Notes: generated by a model from the letters alone, not told the origin. Numbered from the whole stretch's first letter, positions 11,813-26,138 are shown. The stretch is DNA of 63,989 nt, filler included, from Octopus bimaculoides (GCF_001194135.2; 9 parts of 8 records of this genome joined end to end with filler, not necessarily neighbours in it); one strand, 5' to 3'. Numbers and translations: made by a program.

Positions 11813-13473
11813 ATGATAATAATAAGAAGAAGAATACAAGGAATATATATACATGTATGTATACACACATATATGTACATACTTACATCTACATGTGTAT
11901 ATATATGCATATCAGGGTACAGGACGTTAGAACAATGAATTGTAGACAACGGAACGAACACATAGGAAAACGGAAAGCCACTTGGAATATTCCTTCATCA
12001 GCTGCCAGTCTAAACAAACATAACATTTTTTTATTGTATAAAACTGAAAGATATTCAAATTGCTATATATAGAAGTGGAATATAAATGACTTGAATATCA
12101 TGCCGAGAAAAAAACTGTAGAAGATAATAACAGGCTGACACGTTTCTAGTATTTTAATAAACGTACTCAGCGTGAAACAACAGTTCATTAAATCAGGATT
12201 TCTACATTATAAAATTGGAAAAAAATGTGCAAATATAAAGGATAATATGAACCAGAATTAAAGGTATGAGGACCTGCAGAGTTATTTTTTCACTAGTACA
12301 GTCGGATAAAATGTTTCACGCTTAACTTTGTTTAAAATGCAAACAACCGATTGTTCAATATGTCGTTAAGTAACATTAATTATAATTGACCTTCATTTCA
12401 TAAATTTTCATATATTAATTCGTGCACAATAGTCACTGCTTCCATGTGATAATGATGGTCTTAATATCACGAGTAACACCGACAGTACCACTCGTATACA
12501 TCTTGAAACTGCTAATAAATGTATGACAAATTTAATATCTGCAGCTCTTTCTCGGAGAGGGTATACTCAGTTAATAACTTTATATTCCTTAACATATAGC
12601 AGAAGAAGTTATTGAGATTAACATAGGCGGAGACAAGAAGTCAACATTGCTGAAGATGTATTCTAATTGTACGGGTGACCTTTAACCTGGAAATGTCAGA
12701 GTTAGTAGTTGTTAAAGAAATGTTTCCTTTGGCGAAAGAAATATCAATTTATTGAGATAGCGATTGAATGGTTGTCTTTATAAGAAGAAATGTCTGGAGG
12801 GTAGTGAAATCTGATAAAAGCATTAGACAAAGATATAATAAAAACCACACACGATATTTCTCCCAGCTGTGGGAAATGAAAAACAAAATTCTAGCTTTGA
12901 ATTAAGATTAACTGAAACTGGAAACAAAAACTGAAAGATTTGAAATATTTCTTACTCATTGTCAACGCGTTAGTCTCGGAGCAAATGGTAACTACATGGT
13001 CTAAAATATGTCAGTCTATTTCAGCTACTTCCATTTTCGGAATTCACATTTTCTTAAAGGGCTGCCAAGAAATAAGATGATACAACATATTTTCTTGATG
13101 TAATTGATGAGTACTGTCTTTGAAGCTGATTGATTCATACGTGTCTAGTTAACTTTTAAGAATAGATCGCTGATATGATGGTAGTGATATCTATCCGATT
13201 TTAACACGACTAAATTATGAACTGCTTACATTCCTAATCTCCTATACTAACGTACATATTACAGCCGTGCTACGTTTAGCATCTCTACTAAACGATACAA
13301 GAAATTTATTTTCCAATATAAATTATTTATTAAATGTGTTGCAAAGGATATACGATTTTTGTTGTGAAATTACTTGAGTTCAAATAACGTTCACACCCAA
13401 ATGATTTTTGTTGTTATAGAATAAACAAATCATATAGTTGTATCGATATAATAGTTTAGAAGACTATAATATT

Positions 13474-14032
13474 CTTTTCTAATCTAGNNNNNNNNNNNNN
13501 NNNNNNNNNNNNNNNNNNNNNNNNNNNNNNNNNNNNNNNNNNNNNNNNNNNNNNNNNNNNNNNNNNNNNNNNNNNNNNNNNNNNNNNNNNNNNNNNNNNN
13601 NNNNNNNNNNNNNNNNNNNNNNNNNNNNNNNNNNNNNNNNNNNNNNNNNNNNNNNNNNNNNNNNNNNNNNNNNNNNNNNNNNNNNNNNNNNNNNNNNNNN
13701 NNNNNNNNNNNNNNNNNNNNNNNNNNNNNNNNNNNNNNNNNNNNNNNNNNNNNNNNNNNNNNNNNNNNNNNNNNNNNAGACAAAGTCGACCTCGGCGGAA
13801 TTTGAAATCAGAACGTAACGGCAGACGAAATACCGCTAAGCATTCCGCAGGACAGACAAACGGATGAAGTCGATTATATCGACCCCAGTGCGTAATTGGT
13901 ACTTATTTAATCGACTCCGAAAGGTTAAAAGGCAAAGTCGACCTCGGCGGAATTTGAACTCAGAACGTAGCAGCAGACGAAATACCGCTAAGCATTTCGC
14001 CCGGCGTGCTAACGTTTCTGCCAGTTCACCGC
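13474..14032 (-). mobile_element. Compound SINE insertion (family A multimer, partly in a gap) with a 19-bp target-site duplication
   Basis: TTTAGAAGACTATAATATT at 13455-13473 and 14033-14051; SINE head and body at 13851-14032, second partial head at 13778-13850, tail at 13474-13487. Confidence 0.8.
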
Positions 14033-14705
14033 TTTAGAAGACTATAATATTACAGATTGTAATCAAATGTTTCCTTGTCAAATTGTAATAATACCAAAGC
14101 CAAAGGGGCTTCAGAAGTATATATGGAATTGAACTTATCAGAGATGCTCAGCTTGGTTAGCTTGGTCGCTTTAGTTTTTAGAAGTAGTAGCCAAATCGCA
14201 CTTCACTCAAATTGCATCTTAGCAGCTTAAAATTTAGGGTTGGCCACAGCTAGCTCACCTTAAAAATTTGATTTGCTATCTCCTTATTAACTTAAGTGTA
14301 AAGATAATTACAATAAAATGATATATCGATTAATAACACGACTATGTGAATAGAAGGAATCCGATTTCATATCTAGGGATTATATTTTTTTGCCTATGAA
14401 ATGAATACGTGCAGATTACTGAAGATACAATTTATACGGTCATCGTACCGTTTTTAAGGAAAACGAAGTTCACTGTTGGGAGTGACGAGGAATAGCATTC
14501 ATTTACCGAGAATCAACACTGAATGAACCAACCAATATAACCATCTAATCCACATTAAATAGTAGTTTTCAGTATATTCGTATACATCTATAATATAATA
14601 TTTACATTACTTTCCTATATACACGTACATATATAGTTACATGTACACACAATACGCAAACACGCGCGTACACACACGCACACAGACATATACGTGTGTC
14701 CGTGA

Positions 14706-14737
<32 letters not shown>

Positions 14738-14747
14738 NNNNNNNNNN

Positions 14748-14970
14748 GTGTCTTTGTGTGTGTGTATTTGTGTTTGAACTTCCACCGTTTTACAACCGAT
14801 ATTGTTTTGTTTCCACTCCCGCAACATAGCTGTTCGGCACAAAAAGAACGTTAGAACAAGTGCGGGGTTTAAAAAAATAAGAGGTTCGGTTAGTTCATCT
14901 AAAAAGAACCCTTTCAAGGCAGTGAACCGGCATGACCGCCATCCAGTGACTGGAACTATTGAAAGATAAA
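14748..14970 (+). mobile_element. tRNA-SINE family B, 3' half
   Basis: Degenerate match to the 3' halves of 41001-41370 and 63421-63810. Confidence 0.65.
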
Positions 14971-17900
14971 TTATCTATGTTATATGTAATCTTTTTTTTT
15001 TCAATGAGTATACATATGTTGTGGAAATCTTGTAAAATGTTTTGCTTCTCACTTTCAGATATGTCTGCTCAATCAAACGCTAAAAGAACAGTGGGTATAT
15101 GAAATATGTTCAGTTGTTGCGCTATTGTGTTTTTTGAACATTATGCGTTCAGTTTCAATTACTAGAAATAAGTTATGATTTACTGAAAGAAAAAAAAAGA
15201 GTAAGTTCTGTGCTTGAAGAAGACGGCAAGATGAATTTAAATTTAACAGGCTAAATTTGATATATACATTTTAAACAAACTAAATGCGAGTAAAATAATC
15301 AATCAGCATTCTAAAAGGGAAAACAGAAATATCTTATTTGCTACAACACTGATCAGGGGAACAATGGGAGACTTATGTACAATATTTAATAGGTGGTGAG
15401 TATGTTTTACGAATCGTAGAAGGAACACTGAATACCAACACTTAGAAGATAGTCTTCTGTATTATTTGCAGCAGTCTGTATATCTAGGTTATATCCTTCA
15501 CAGAATCCACACATATATAATCTGTATTTCGTTCATGAAATACTGAATGCTATCAATGTTAAATTAAATAACATATAATCGCACTTTCATGTAATGATTT
15601 TTTCCCTTTGTTTCTAATCATTCGAAAAATGTGTATATTTTCCTTTGTTAGTAACATAAAGAAAATAGCCCGCGGCGGATAATTAAAATTAATATCTCAC
15701 TGCAAGTTTTCAAGGATGATTGAATATATGTTCAGTTAATATGATGACGTCTGATGTTATCTGAAATTATGCTAGTTGACAGGGTACTTAGCGAATGTTG
15801 AATAAGAGCTCATATACAGCAGGAGTAGGATGGACAATGCAACAGATTAATAAGATATCATGTATTGCCACAACACTCTCTTAGATTCTGATGCACTACA
15901 TACAAAGATGGTCAATTTATTATCAAAAGACACTTTAATGTAAGGAATTAGTGATGCGGTTTGACCAAGATTGTCTTCTCATTGTGGATTTATATTTGGC
16001 TGAAATACCATAAAAATATGCTCAGTGAACCAAAAAATATAGGAAGCGGCAGTTAATAATGGGTTTGATCGAACCTATTGAATACGTAGATAATTCTCTT
16101 GAGCGCATACCGTCGTTTCTGGAATATTCAATACTTTCTTTACATTGGAGCTGTTTATAGAATCATAATTAACTGATAATGCAGTCAGGTCGCTCGTAGT
16201 AATTTCAAATCTAATCAGGGTTTAATACACATAAATCGTAAATAAGATTATCATGAATGACTTAAAGATATGATTTCAGAGAACAATAGCTGAAAACACT
16301 TTCAGTGACATTTAACAGAAGACCCTTTCCTTAATGGAATCCTACTTTCGAAAATAAAACAGAGCAGAACAAGAGAATGCGATAGACAGTTATTCCAAGG
16401 ATTTTTCTGGAAACCAATTGGCAACATAATTAATGATTCATTCAAAGGTGTTGATTTCTCATTTCTTGTAATGGAATAAATTATTAGCTGCGAACTTCAC
16501 TGTCTATTGTTCTTCACAATAAACTCCCTCTTAAAAGTTGTTTATTTATAAGCATTTTAGAGGCTTTTATACATCAATAACAACACAATATAAGTAATGT
16601 TGTTCAATTGCTCGCGGCTTAATTAAGAAAGCTTACAGTTATATATGCCTAATGGATTTTTTGGTAATTTACATATATAGACATCATATTCACTCCTCAG
16701 TGCATTACATTTTTTTTCAATTAATATATCAATACATTCAAAGAAAAATAAATGTAAAAAACTTCAAAGTCGTCTGCTCCATTAAATAGTAGTGCCATTA
16801 CCGTGTTTGAATAACTGAATTATACAGCCAAATTTTCTTTTCTATAAAATATAAGTATTGCAAAACCTGGATTTATTTACATCATATATTTCTTGAATAC
16901 TTCCAGAGCCAATTCAGGAATATTTTTAATACAATATTGATTAAATTCCTGCATCTTCTATATGATACGTTACGCATTTCATTTCATATTTCCTCAAAAG
17001 CTGTTCCGATTCTATTTAGCGGCGATATGTTCGGAATTTAAGATATATATTAAACTCGACTTTAGCGCTGGATTGCATCATCCATTACCCAAATGAAACA
17101 ATGAGAGCACGAAGAAGAGAAATAACAATAATAATGAGGAGAATATTTGTGATACGTATTATGCAAATAGTGATAAACAGAATATTAATAATGTTAGTGG
17201 CTGTGGAACTAAACATGGAAATTGTAATGGAAACAATAATAATAGCAACAAGTTGGACTACTACAAATCTATATAATAATCTACTTTTTCGTTTGCTCGT
17301 TACACTTTAGTTAGATAGGTGGCGGTGGAGGTGGAGTAAAAGTGTTAGATGGATGGGAGAGTAAGAGTAGAGAAAATAGAAGTGAAGGAAAAGTAGAGAA
17401 GGATGTATATAATAAAGGCCAAATGCGTCACGTGCTTAGTTAAAGATAAAAGTGAAGGACGAGAGAAAAAGACCGCGAGAGAAAAGTGAGAGAAAGAAGA
17501 GTTACGACGTGCTTTAATTTGTTTGAGAGGAGTAAGTGGAGTATGAGTGTATGAGAGAGGAAGAGGGAATGTGAGAGTGAGATAGAAGATAGCCAGCTGA
17601 TGCATTATGCTGCCACTCATGTTGTTACTGAAAATGAGAGGTGAAGTGAAAGAAAGAAATGTTAAAGACATGAAGAGGGTAATTACATAGTTAAAATGTT
17701 TGTTGAAGAGATAGAGAGAAAGAGAGAAATCTTGAAATTATAATGTTATATTATTGAAAGAGAGAAATATAAAGTGCTTAACAGAGTGAAATTAGTAAAC
17801 CATAATATATTATGTTCTTGTGAATAAAAAAAGCAAATTATCGTTTCTTTATGAAACAGCTTATCTCGATCTTCTTGGTTTGTGGAACTTTCCACAGAGC

Positions 17901-18771
17901 CCACTAGTAGTAATGTAAATAATAAGAATGATAATAAGGATAATAAGAACAGCGATGCCAGTAGAAATAATAATAGGGCTGGAACCACCAACAACAACAA
18001 TAACAACAACAGCGGAGAGGAGTAGGCGGAGGTGGAGGAAGACGAGAACGGAGAGGAGAAGGAAGAGAATTTGAATAAAAATATGCATAACAGCAACAGG
18101 CATAGTTAATTGGATAGGACTAACCACCATTACTATCACTACCATAACTATAATAATACAAATATTAACAATAATAATAAGAATTGTTGTAATCGTAGGG
18201 ACCTGAATGCATTTCCGTTTCATATGACTTCAGAAGAATGTAGTGTATATACGCTCGGTTGTTATAGATAATAGTTTGCCGTTACATAGGACATGGCACA
18301 ACAGCTTTCAAATCTCGATATTATAACCACGTCTCATCATGTATCGAAATAAAGTAAGTTTGACTTCACTGAGTGTGCTAATTTGGCAGCTAACAGAAAC
18401 AAAACAAAGTATAACATTGAGTGCACGATATTGAACAACGCAACAACTTTCAGATATAGAGAAGACAAGCTGTGAACTTTTTCAAGAACATACATCGTTT
18501 ATACTAACGTCGGTGTATAATACCATAAAAAGAAGACCTGGTTAGTGATATGATGTAAACATATTTACAACAAAACTTTTAGATTATTCCGTCAATCATT
18601 AATCATGTGAGAAATTGGATAGGATGACACTCGCAAACTTTCCTGATATAATATATTAAAAGACAAATATAATTTTTTTCTTAATTACTGGAATAGCAGA
18701 AAGATCTTTCACTTCTCTCCTTTTTATAATTTTTTTCTTATCACGAGGGGATTCCACTTATTTTAATTTTA

Positions 18772-19487
18772 ACATTCCTATATCAAATCCCTTATTTGCC
18801 GATTCTATTTTCAATCTATTTTACTCCTGATTTTCCATCGTGTAGGGCCTGGATGAGGTTCGTAATGCGGTCGAGACAACCGAAATGCAGCATGGTGGCA
18901 CAAATTGCGGGTCTTTGTGCGCTGTCGAAAGCTTTCTCCAAGTCCCAGAGCACACAAAGGAGTGGAGTTCACTGCTTTCAGGCATTTTCTTGGCGAAGGC
19001 GGGCGCAAAAAACCCTGTAGCATGGACTGAGAGGAAACCGCACTGCTACTCTGGAAGAAATTCTTCAGAGATCACCACTAATCTATCTAGAAAATCTTCC
19101 CAGCGGTACTGAGAAGCAGCGATAGCTTCCGTAGATTGTCCGGTCTCCCTTGTTGAAGATTTTTATGATGGCCGCGTCAATAAGGTATACAGCAAGGCCC
19201 ACACGCGTTAATAATCTTATATACTCAGATCTCACGCTTTGACTTCCCTGAGACATGGACTCCAGGGATATGTTGTAAAGTCACGTGATTGTCATGTCTT
19301 CATGTGTTTAAGGGCCTTTGTAAACTCAGAGTACTTTGGACATCCAGAATCGAATCTGATATTGAGGATATTTCGGTGCAGGTTTACCACATTGGTGGAT
19401 GGTTGGTTGAGAAGTGTTTGAAAATGATGCTTTCATCCTTCCCCTGATGATTCCATCGTTCCATCCAGTGATGCTTCCATTGTCTTG
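18772..19487 (-). mobile_element. Decayed RTE-clade LINE: linker plus N-terminal reverse transcriptase
   Basis: Frameshifted HFQTLLNQPS..., DAAIIKIFNKGDRTIYGSYR.., STAGKIF, LPE*QCGF, QEKC, WDLEKAFDS, LIQALHDG; these are RT motifs typical of RTE elements. Confidence 0.8.
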
Positions 19488-19610
19488 CTATGTATGTAAG
19501 AAAGGAAACGGTTGTACAGGAGCAACATTTTATTATTTTGGAACGTAGAAACAATTTTCATTCTAAGTTATTTTCTTACTGCGTCGTACATTTTGCAACT
19601 GTACGCACAT

Positions 19611-19639
19611 ATCTATCTATCTATCTATCTACCTATCTA

Positions 19640-19697
<58 letters not shown>
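19611..19697 (+). repeat. (ATCT)n(GTCT)n microsatellite
   Basis: Directly visible. Confidence 0.97.
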
Positions 19698-19698
<1 letters not shown>

Positions 19699-20858
19699 CA
19701 GAATGTAATATCCTCTTTAGGGACTATAACATCCAGAGAACAACTGGTGTTATCGATTATATGTTATCGATTGAAAATTTTCTCAATATATAGCCATAAA
19801 CTGGCTAAGGTACCTTGATATTAATTTAAGAAAAAGAGAGAAAAATATATTGTGGATACTTATTTTATTTGTATCGCAATAAAAACATAGCAAATATCTA
19901 ATACATATAAAATTTAAAGGAACATAGTTTGACATGAAATAAGCATAAAAAGTGTTCACACATACTTCAATTTGGTCACAAGGTAAAGAGTATTTCTGAT
20001 CCGCAGGATTCGGACCATGTTAAGAGTTCTAGATGTAAAAATAACGCCATGTGACCAGATATCTTCAACGCTTGCCCCTTCCAAAAGGCTAATGCAAACA
20101 TATTTCTTCTAGAAGAATTCAAATTGGTGGTAAAAAAAACTTAGTAGACAAAATAGATGAGGACCATATATTCATATGTTAAGTATCCTTGTGATGTAAA
20201 CATTAAGTTGTTAGAAAAGGAAGAGAGGACGTTAAGGATGTAATAGGGGGGAAAAGTTAGCTAATCAAAACATGCAAAAAGCTATTCGGGATTTTAAAAA
20301 AATTGCCGGTTATGGGTTTTGAAGAACATAATGTAATCATTTAGAAAAAAATATAGACGGTTATATGCTGTGAGGGGCATTATGTAATTAGGGCAAGATA
20401 TTGTGAAGACATTAAGTAAATAGACTGAATTAAAGACAAGAAAACAGATAGACAAGAAAAAATATAAAGGGAAAAACAATTTGCTGGGGGAAAAGAATAA
20501 TTAAATGAAAAGAAAATAGATTGATATTAGTTAATTGAATGAAGCTAGAAAAGCTATAAGTGATTTAGGATATATAATACAAAATATATATGTAGGTTAT
20601 AATATTGTAAAGTAATGGTCAAGAAAGATTGGGCTATATTGTATACTTAGATAATTCGAAAGTAAAAATCTCATTATGGTTCACTCGTAAAGAGGCTTGT
20701 ATCTTCAATGCTTATTTTATGCCAATTTATGTTCCTTTAAATTTTATTTGTGTTAAATATTAGCTATGTATACACAATATATTTTTCTTGGTTTTCTTAT
20801 GTTAATATGTGCATGCATACAGCCATACATCCATCTATACATACACACACATATATAA

Positions 20859-20997
20859 CTAGTACCTAATTCATCGACTGCGAAGGATGAATGCCAATGT
20901 CGACCTGGGGGGAATTTGAACTCAGAAAGTAATGACGGACGAAATGCCGCTAAACATTTTGCCCGACGTGCTAAAGATTCAGTCATTTCGCCGCTTT
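20859..20997 (-). mobile_element. SINE family A, head and partial body
   Basis: GTCGACCT..GAATTTGAACTCAGAA..GACGAAATGCCGCTAA. Confidence 0.75.
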
Positions 20998-23900
20998 GGC
21001 TATAATAATGAATAACAATAGATAATACCGACCATAACAATAGTAGTAATAAGTATAACAATAATAAGAAGACGAAGGAGAAGAAAAAGTTTCATTAGTG
21101 CTAAGGGCGGCAACAATAAAGATGAGCAGCGCAAGCAAATTAAAAACATGTAGTAAACAATATTTAGTAAAAAATATGTAATGAAAAATAGTAATGAGCA
21201 TAATACTAAAATAATAACATAAATATATAATGATGCATGAAATGTTCATGGCTGTATAGGTGGGTATTGCTATATCTTAGATGACTTTATACAGGTCTAC
21301 TAAGGCAACAATAAACAGGTATGAGGGAAACGTATAGCGTGAAGGGAAACCTGTGGTAGGGATAATTACAACAAAGGTTATCACAGCAATCGAACATGTT
21401 AACGCGATAAACATTAGAGTTGAAAGCCACGTGGACTGATTGTTACGCGTCGAGCGCATTTAATCGTGTCTATGTCTGTGTATGAGTATGTGTGTATGTA
21501 TGTATGTATATATATATATATATNNNNNNNNNNNNNNNNNNNNNNNNNNNNNNNNNNNNNNNNNNNNNNNNNNNNNNNNNNNNNNNNNNNNNNNNNNNNN
21601 NNNNNNNNNNNNNNNNNNNNNNNNNNNNNNNNNNNNNNNNNNNNNNNNNNNNNNNNNNNNNNNNNNNNNNNNNNNNNNNNNNNNNNNNNNNNNNNNNNNN
21701 NNNNNNNNNNNNNNNNNNNNNNNNNNNNNNNNNNNNNNNNNNNNNNNNNNNNNNNNNNNNNNNNNNNNGATGCCTGTGCTTTAATATGCGTTACTGCCTG
21801 CTTCAGTGTGTGTATGTGTCTGTGTGGTGTGTCTGTGTGTGTGCGTGTGCGTGTGTGTGTGTGCGTCTGCGTGTGTCTGTTTGTGTCTGTGTGTCTATAT
21901 GTCTGTGTGTGTCTGTCTGTGTCTGTGAAAAATGTGTATCTAGCAATTTTGGCTAATTTACTTTATTACTACCAGATTAAATCACATCTCGCAGGATTTC
22001 TCCGACTGTAATATCATTTCAAACGATATTTTCAGACTAATTAGAGCATTTCTCAAGGCCCTTTTGCTTTTGCTCTCTATTATTTTGTCTCCTTCTCTCT
22101 ATTTGAAACCCTACTCTTTTTCTTTCTCTCGTCCTCTATTCTTTTACTTCTGCTCTCTAATGAGCAATTTAATTTTCTGTCTTACTCAAACATAGGTTAT
22201 TATATTTACTATAGTAAAAAGAAAACATCGATCGCCATACAAAAAAAACAAAAAAACACATATGGATAGGAGGAAAGAGTTAGTATAGCCTACCTGATAA
22301 TGTAGTCGTTAAGCTTGGTGTATTTTTTACACTTAGTATCACTCACATTTTTTCTGTCAGCTCCATTTCCTCAATTAACTTTAGAAAAACAGACTTTCAA
22401 CTATACAATATTCGCCTTTACATTTAGTGTCAATCCCCAGAAATACGTCTTCTGATTTGGCTTACATATTTACCACAATCTGCGTCATACGGCAGGTGTT
22501 ACCTTGAACCTACCAGCTGATGTAAATGAGCCAGAAATTACATATATGATAGCTTGTAGAGAGTATACCTTATATATAGTAATCCGAAGGAATGAACTAA
22601 TAATACAGCAAGGAAATTTAGGTGAAAATATATTACACTTTGGGATTTTAAAACAGACATTACGTTGTGTGTACATATGATTAAATATGCATGCAGATCT
22701 GAGCAGCAAAATATCAGCAAACTGATTCCAAGTCTCAATTTCCATTTCTCTTACTTAGTTCAAATATTCCGTTTACATCTTATAAATGTTTATTGATAAC
22801 AGCCGGTGATATGCTACTATTCCTAGTTTATCAACTGAAATATATTTTGTTGCTTTAATATCTATAGAATATCTACCGTTCAGTATACCGATCGTTAGAA
22901 TATTTGTAACATCTTAACTAGAAAAACGCCTTCTAACTATTGGAGGGTTCTGTGATTCAGCATCTTCACTCCATATTACTGAAATGTAAGTGCTTACATT
23001 TAGCGCAATTCAATCGTTTTCTTTCTTAACAATATCGTATCCTGTACAGAAAGTATGATATTGTTATATCTATGTATATTATATTTGAAGACCGTTATAG
23101 AAATTACTCGAAGTTCTAGAGGACTGAAAACGATTATTTGTAAAAGGTGCGTATGCCTAGGTAATAATGTTACTTTGCACAACATCCTGTTTTTATTTAC
23201 ATATAAGACAATCTATTTGGAAAACGTATCATGAGCATATTAAGTATATGTACATACATATATCAAACTTATTGACGCACCAATCAATGTCAATTCTACT
23301 GTAAATTCTGTTAGAAAAATGCGTTATATTTCGTCAGAAAATCAATCGTGGATCTCATTAGTCTTTCTTGAAAAGCAGCAATTACTAACGATTTTATTTT
23401 GTCGATATTATATAGGTAAACTGATCAATAAAATATTCACAAATATTGATGTATACGTGAAATTACTTCACTGGTTACATGGATGCTAGCGGTACATCAT
23501 ATCTTTCCGAATACACTAAATATATCGATAGAAAAATCTTTGACGCTCTCACTCCTCATGTTAGGTAATTCATTTCTTCGTGCTGCTTAATTCGGGTTTC
23601 GCGTTATTTAACAATGTACCTCCTATTTTCATTTTGTTACCAACTTATTCTGCCAGGGAAAGTTCTAGAATGTTGGGAAAAGAATTCGTGTACAGTGTTA
23701 TTTAAGCTAGTCCAACACATAACCAATCCACTATAGGAAAAATAACTTGTCTATTTCGAGCTAAGGCTTCAACACTTATACCCTATCTCATCTCGAACTA
23801 TGTACTGTACCTCAGTATAATTACACTATAAATTTATCAAATGTCAAATCAGAGTACCATGCAAACTTTACTTTAAATAGCAGCCTATTTGACTACTGTC

Positions 23901-24153
23901 TTAGAAACTTTGATAACGTACATAAGTTCTCTACGCGTACACACATACACACACGCACACATACACAAGCACACACACATACACACACGCACACATACAC
24001 AAGCACACACACATACACACATATATCAATGATCATATATGTATATATATACCTATTCTCTCACACACAAACATACAGACACGTACATATATGTGTGTGT
24101 GTGAATCTGTGCGTGCGTGCGTGCGTGTGTGCGTGCGTGTATAGCTAGCTAGC

Positions 24154-24194
24154 TAGATAGATAGATGGATAGATAGAGAGATAGATAGAGAGAG

Positions 24195-24240
<46 letters not shown>
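24154..24240 (+). repeat. (AGAT)n microsatellite
   Basis: Directly visible. Confidence 0.97.
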
Positions 24241-24241
<1 letters not shown>

Positions 24242-25506
24242 GTGACAGGTAAGATGGGAGTTATTTATATACTTGCGTGTGCATGTATTTCTTCGTTTGT
24301 GTGTGCGTATGTGCGTCTATGTATGTATGCGTGACTGTATGTGTATGCTTACGTAAGCTATATGAATCTATGTATAATACTAATACGGAATTGAAGCGCT
24401 AAGTAATGTATACAAATACAAACTTGTGACACATTCAAATATGTTTGACGTACATTTGAACCCGTGAGAAAGCCTTTCAGTATATTTTGTCGTGGAGAAA
24501 ATTTGCGCAAAGATAAAATAAAATGAATGTTCTTCGAGTTCAAATGTGCCTCAGCTATACTTAAACTGTTAATAACATTGTATGTTTGTATGTATGTTTG
24601 TGTATATATATATAAACATATGTTTGTGTGTTAACGAGATAATTAATATTATCTGCGGATGTGGATTATTGATTTAAGCTCAGAAAAATAATGAAAGCTT
24701 CCTAACATCATATTATGCTCTTTTGTTCGCTGAAATGATAACGACCTCGAATGGAAACAGTGTTTGTGTAACTATGAGATGCAAGAATGAATAATGATGA
24801 AATGTCTGGAAGAAGGGCGAGCTCAACTAGCAATTATTATGTATCTAGCAAAGAAAATTGATACGAATGTTCATGCGTTATATATTAGATAGCTGCACTA
24901 GTTTAATTAACAAAGAGAGCCTTTCTTTTAAATGTCATCTATCTATTAAATATAATTGTGATATAAGTTTCAGATTTCTGATCTTGTATTTCGTTACTGA
25001 TTTCTTCTTAAGTTGTATTTCTCAAACCATCCCGTTGTATTACAAACATGAGTTTCACAATCTGTTATTCCAACCATTGTTACTGCCTGTAAGTGTTACA
25101 ACTAATTCACTCCGTTATGTCACTAACCTTGCGATAAATGTTAAATTTGACAGCATTTATAATTACACTAGTGACGAACATGCGAAATCATATCTCAGCT
25201 ATAACAAGGTATTAAGAGAGGCATATAAATATAACAAGGTGATATGGCATAGAAATGACACAGTAAAAGATGATGTGTAAATATGAATATAATATGTTAT
25301 TAGCAATAATTGTAGTTTGTGTGAGTAACAAATATAATTATATCTAGTGATATGTATTTGATATGTATTAAGGAAAAATTCTTATAGCTGAATACCAAAG
25401 AATGAATGTGACGTTATAGTCTTATAAGTATATTCGATAGCAAAATAATATATATATATATANNNNNNNNNNNNNNNNNNNNNNNNNNNNNNNNNNNNNN
25501 NNNNNN

Positions 25507-25518
25507 TTAATTAATTAA
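25507..25518. other. Artificial six-frame-stop linker TTAATTAATTAA in a 44N+12+44N gap (also 38131, 49542, 51506, 55853, 59139, 61383, 62739)
   Basis: Palindromic, with stops in all six frames; identical gap geometry at eight sites. Confidence 0.95.
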
Positions 25519-25562
25519 NNNNNNNNNNNNNNNNNNNNNNNNNNNNNNNNNNNNNNNNNNNN

Positions 25563-25890
25563 TTTCAAAATACAAAGACCTGGAAATAGAGATAACTCGA
25601 ATATGGAATCTAAAAACAGAAACAATTCCTATCATAGTAGGTGCCTTAGGTATAATAAAAAAAATATTCAGACAAATACATAACAAAAATACCAGGACTT
25701 ACAAATATATATAACATACAGAAAATTGCACTACTGGGTACTGCACACATTCTACGCAAAACACTTTCAATACAGTAAACATAAGAGCACCACAGCAAAC
25801 CACAGCACATACCCAAGGCGCACAGAGCTGCGCTCGGTAGTGAAGTGAAAGCACGTTATAAAAATAAAACTACTGAACAATAATAATAAC
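25563..25890 (+). mobile_element. 3' end of an R4/Dong-clade retrotransposon (endonuclease C-terminus, 3' UTR, (AAT)n tail)
   Basis: SKYKDLEIEITRIWNLKTETIPIIVGALGIIKK, then after a one-base slip in an A8 run YSDKYITKIPGLTNIYNIQKIALLGTAHILRKTLSIQ* (TAA 25776-78); K..KY.DL and PI.VGALG motifs; ends in AATAATAATAAC. Confidence 0.8.
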
Positions 25891-26138
25891 AACATCGGAA
25901 AAAAGGCCATATATAGTTTTAAAATTTTATTAATGAAATATCAAAGTATATGTACTTCAAACAAGGAAGTGAATCTTGTAGATATCTTAATTCCAGCTTC
26001 GCTTTTGTTAATATCTACTTTTGAGCGTTGGCGATCAACGTTATTTTCATATCTGGAGCATCATTCACACAATCGTCTTGTTCGTCCAGAGTTTCGTATA
26101 CTTCACTTCCTCTTTCTTCACATCGAGAAATGTATAAA

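Noticed and set aside
15059-15090. 32-bp segment between TTTCAG and GTGGGT (MSAQSNAKRT)
   Set aside because: Good splice signals, but too short to support without transcripts.
17100-18230. Purine-rich region with several ORFs
   Set aside because: Low-complexity GA/AAT-rich sequence; the ORFs are compositional.
19280-19289. GTCACGTGAT E-box
   Set aside because: Lies inside decayed RTE coding sequence; likely chance.
20240-20700. A-rich stretch resembling a decayed LINE 3' region (similarly 45690-46080 on the - strand)
   Set aside because: No diagnostic motif could be read.
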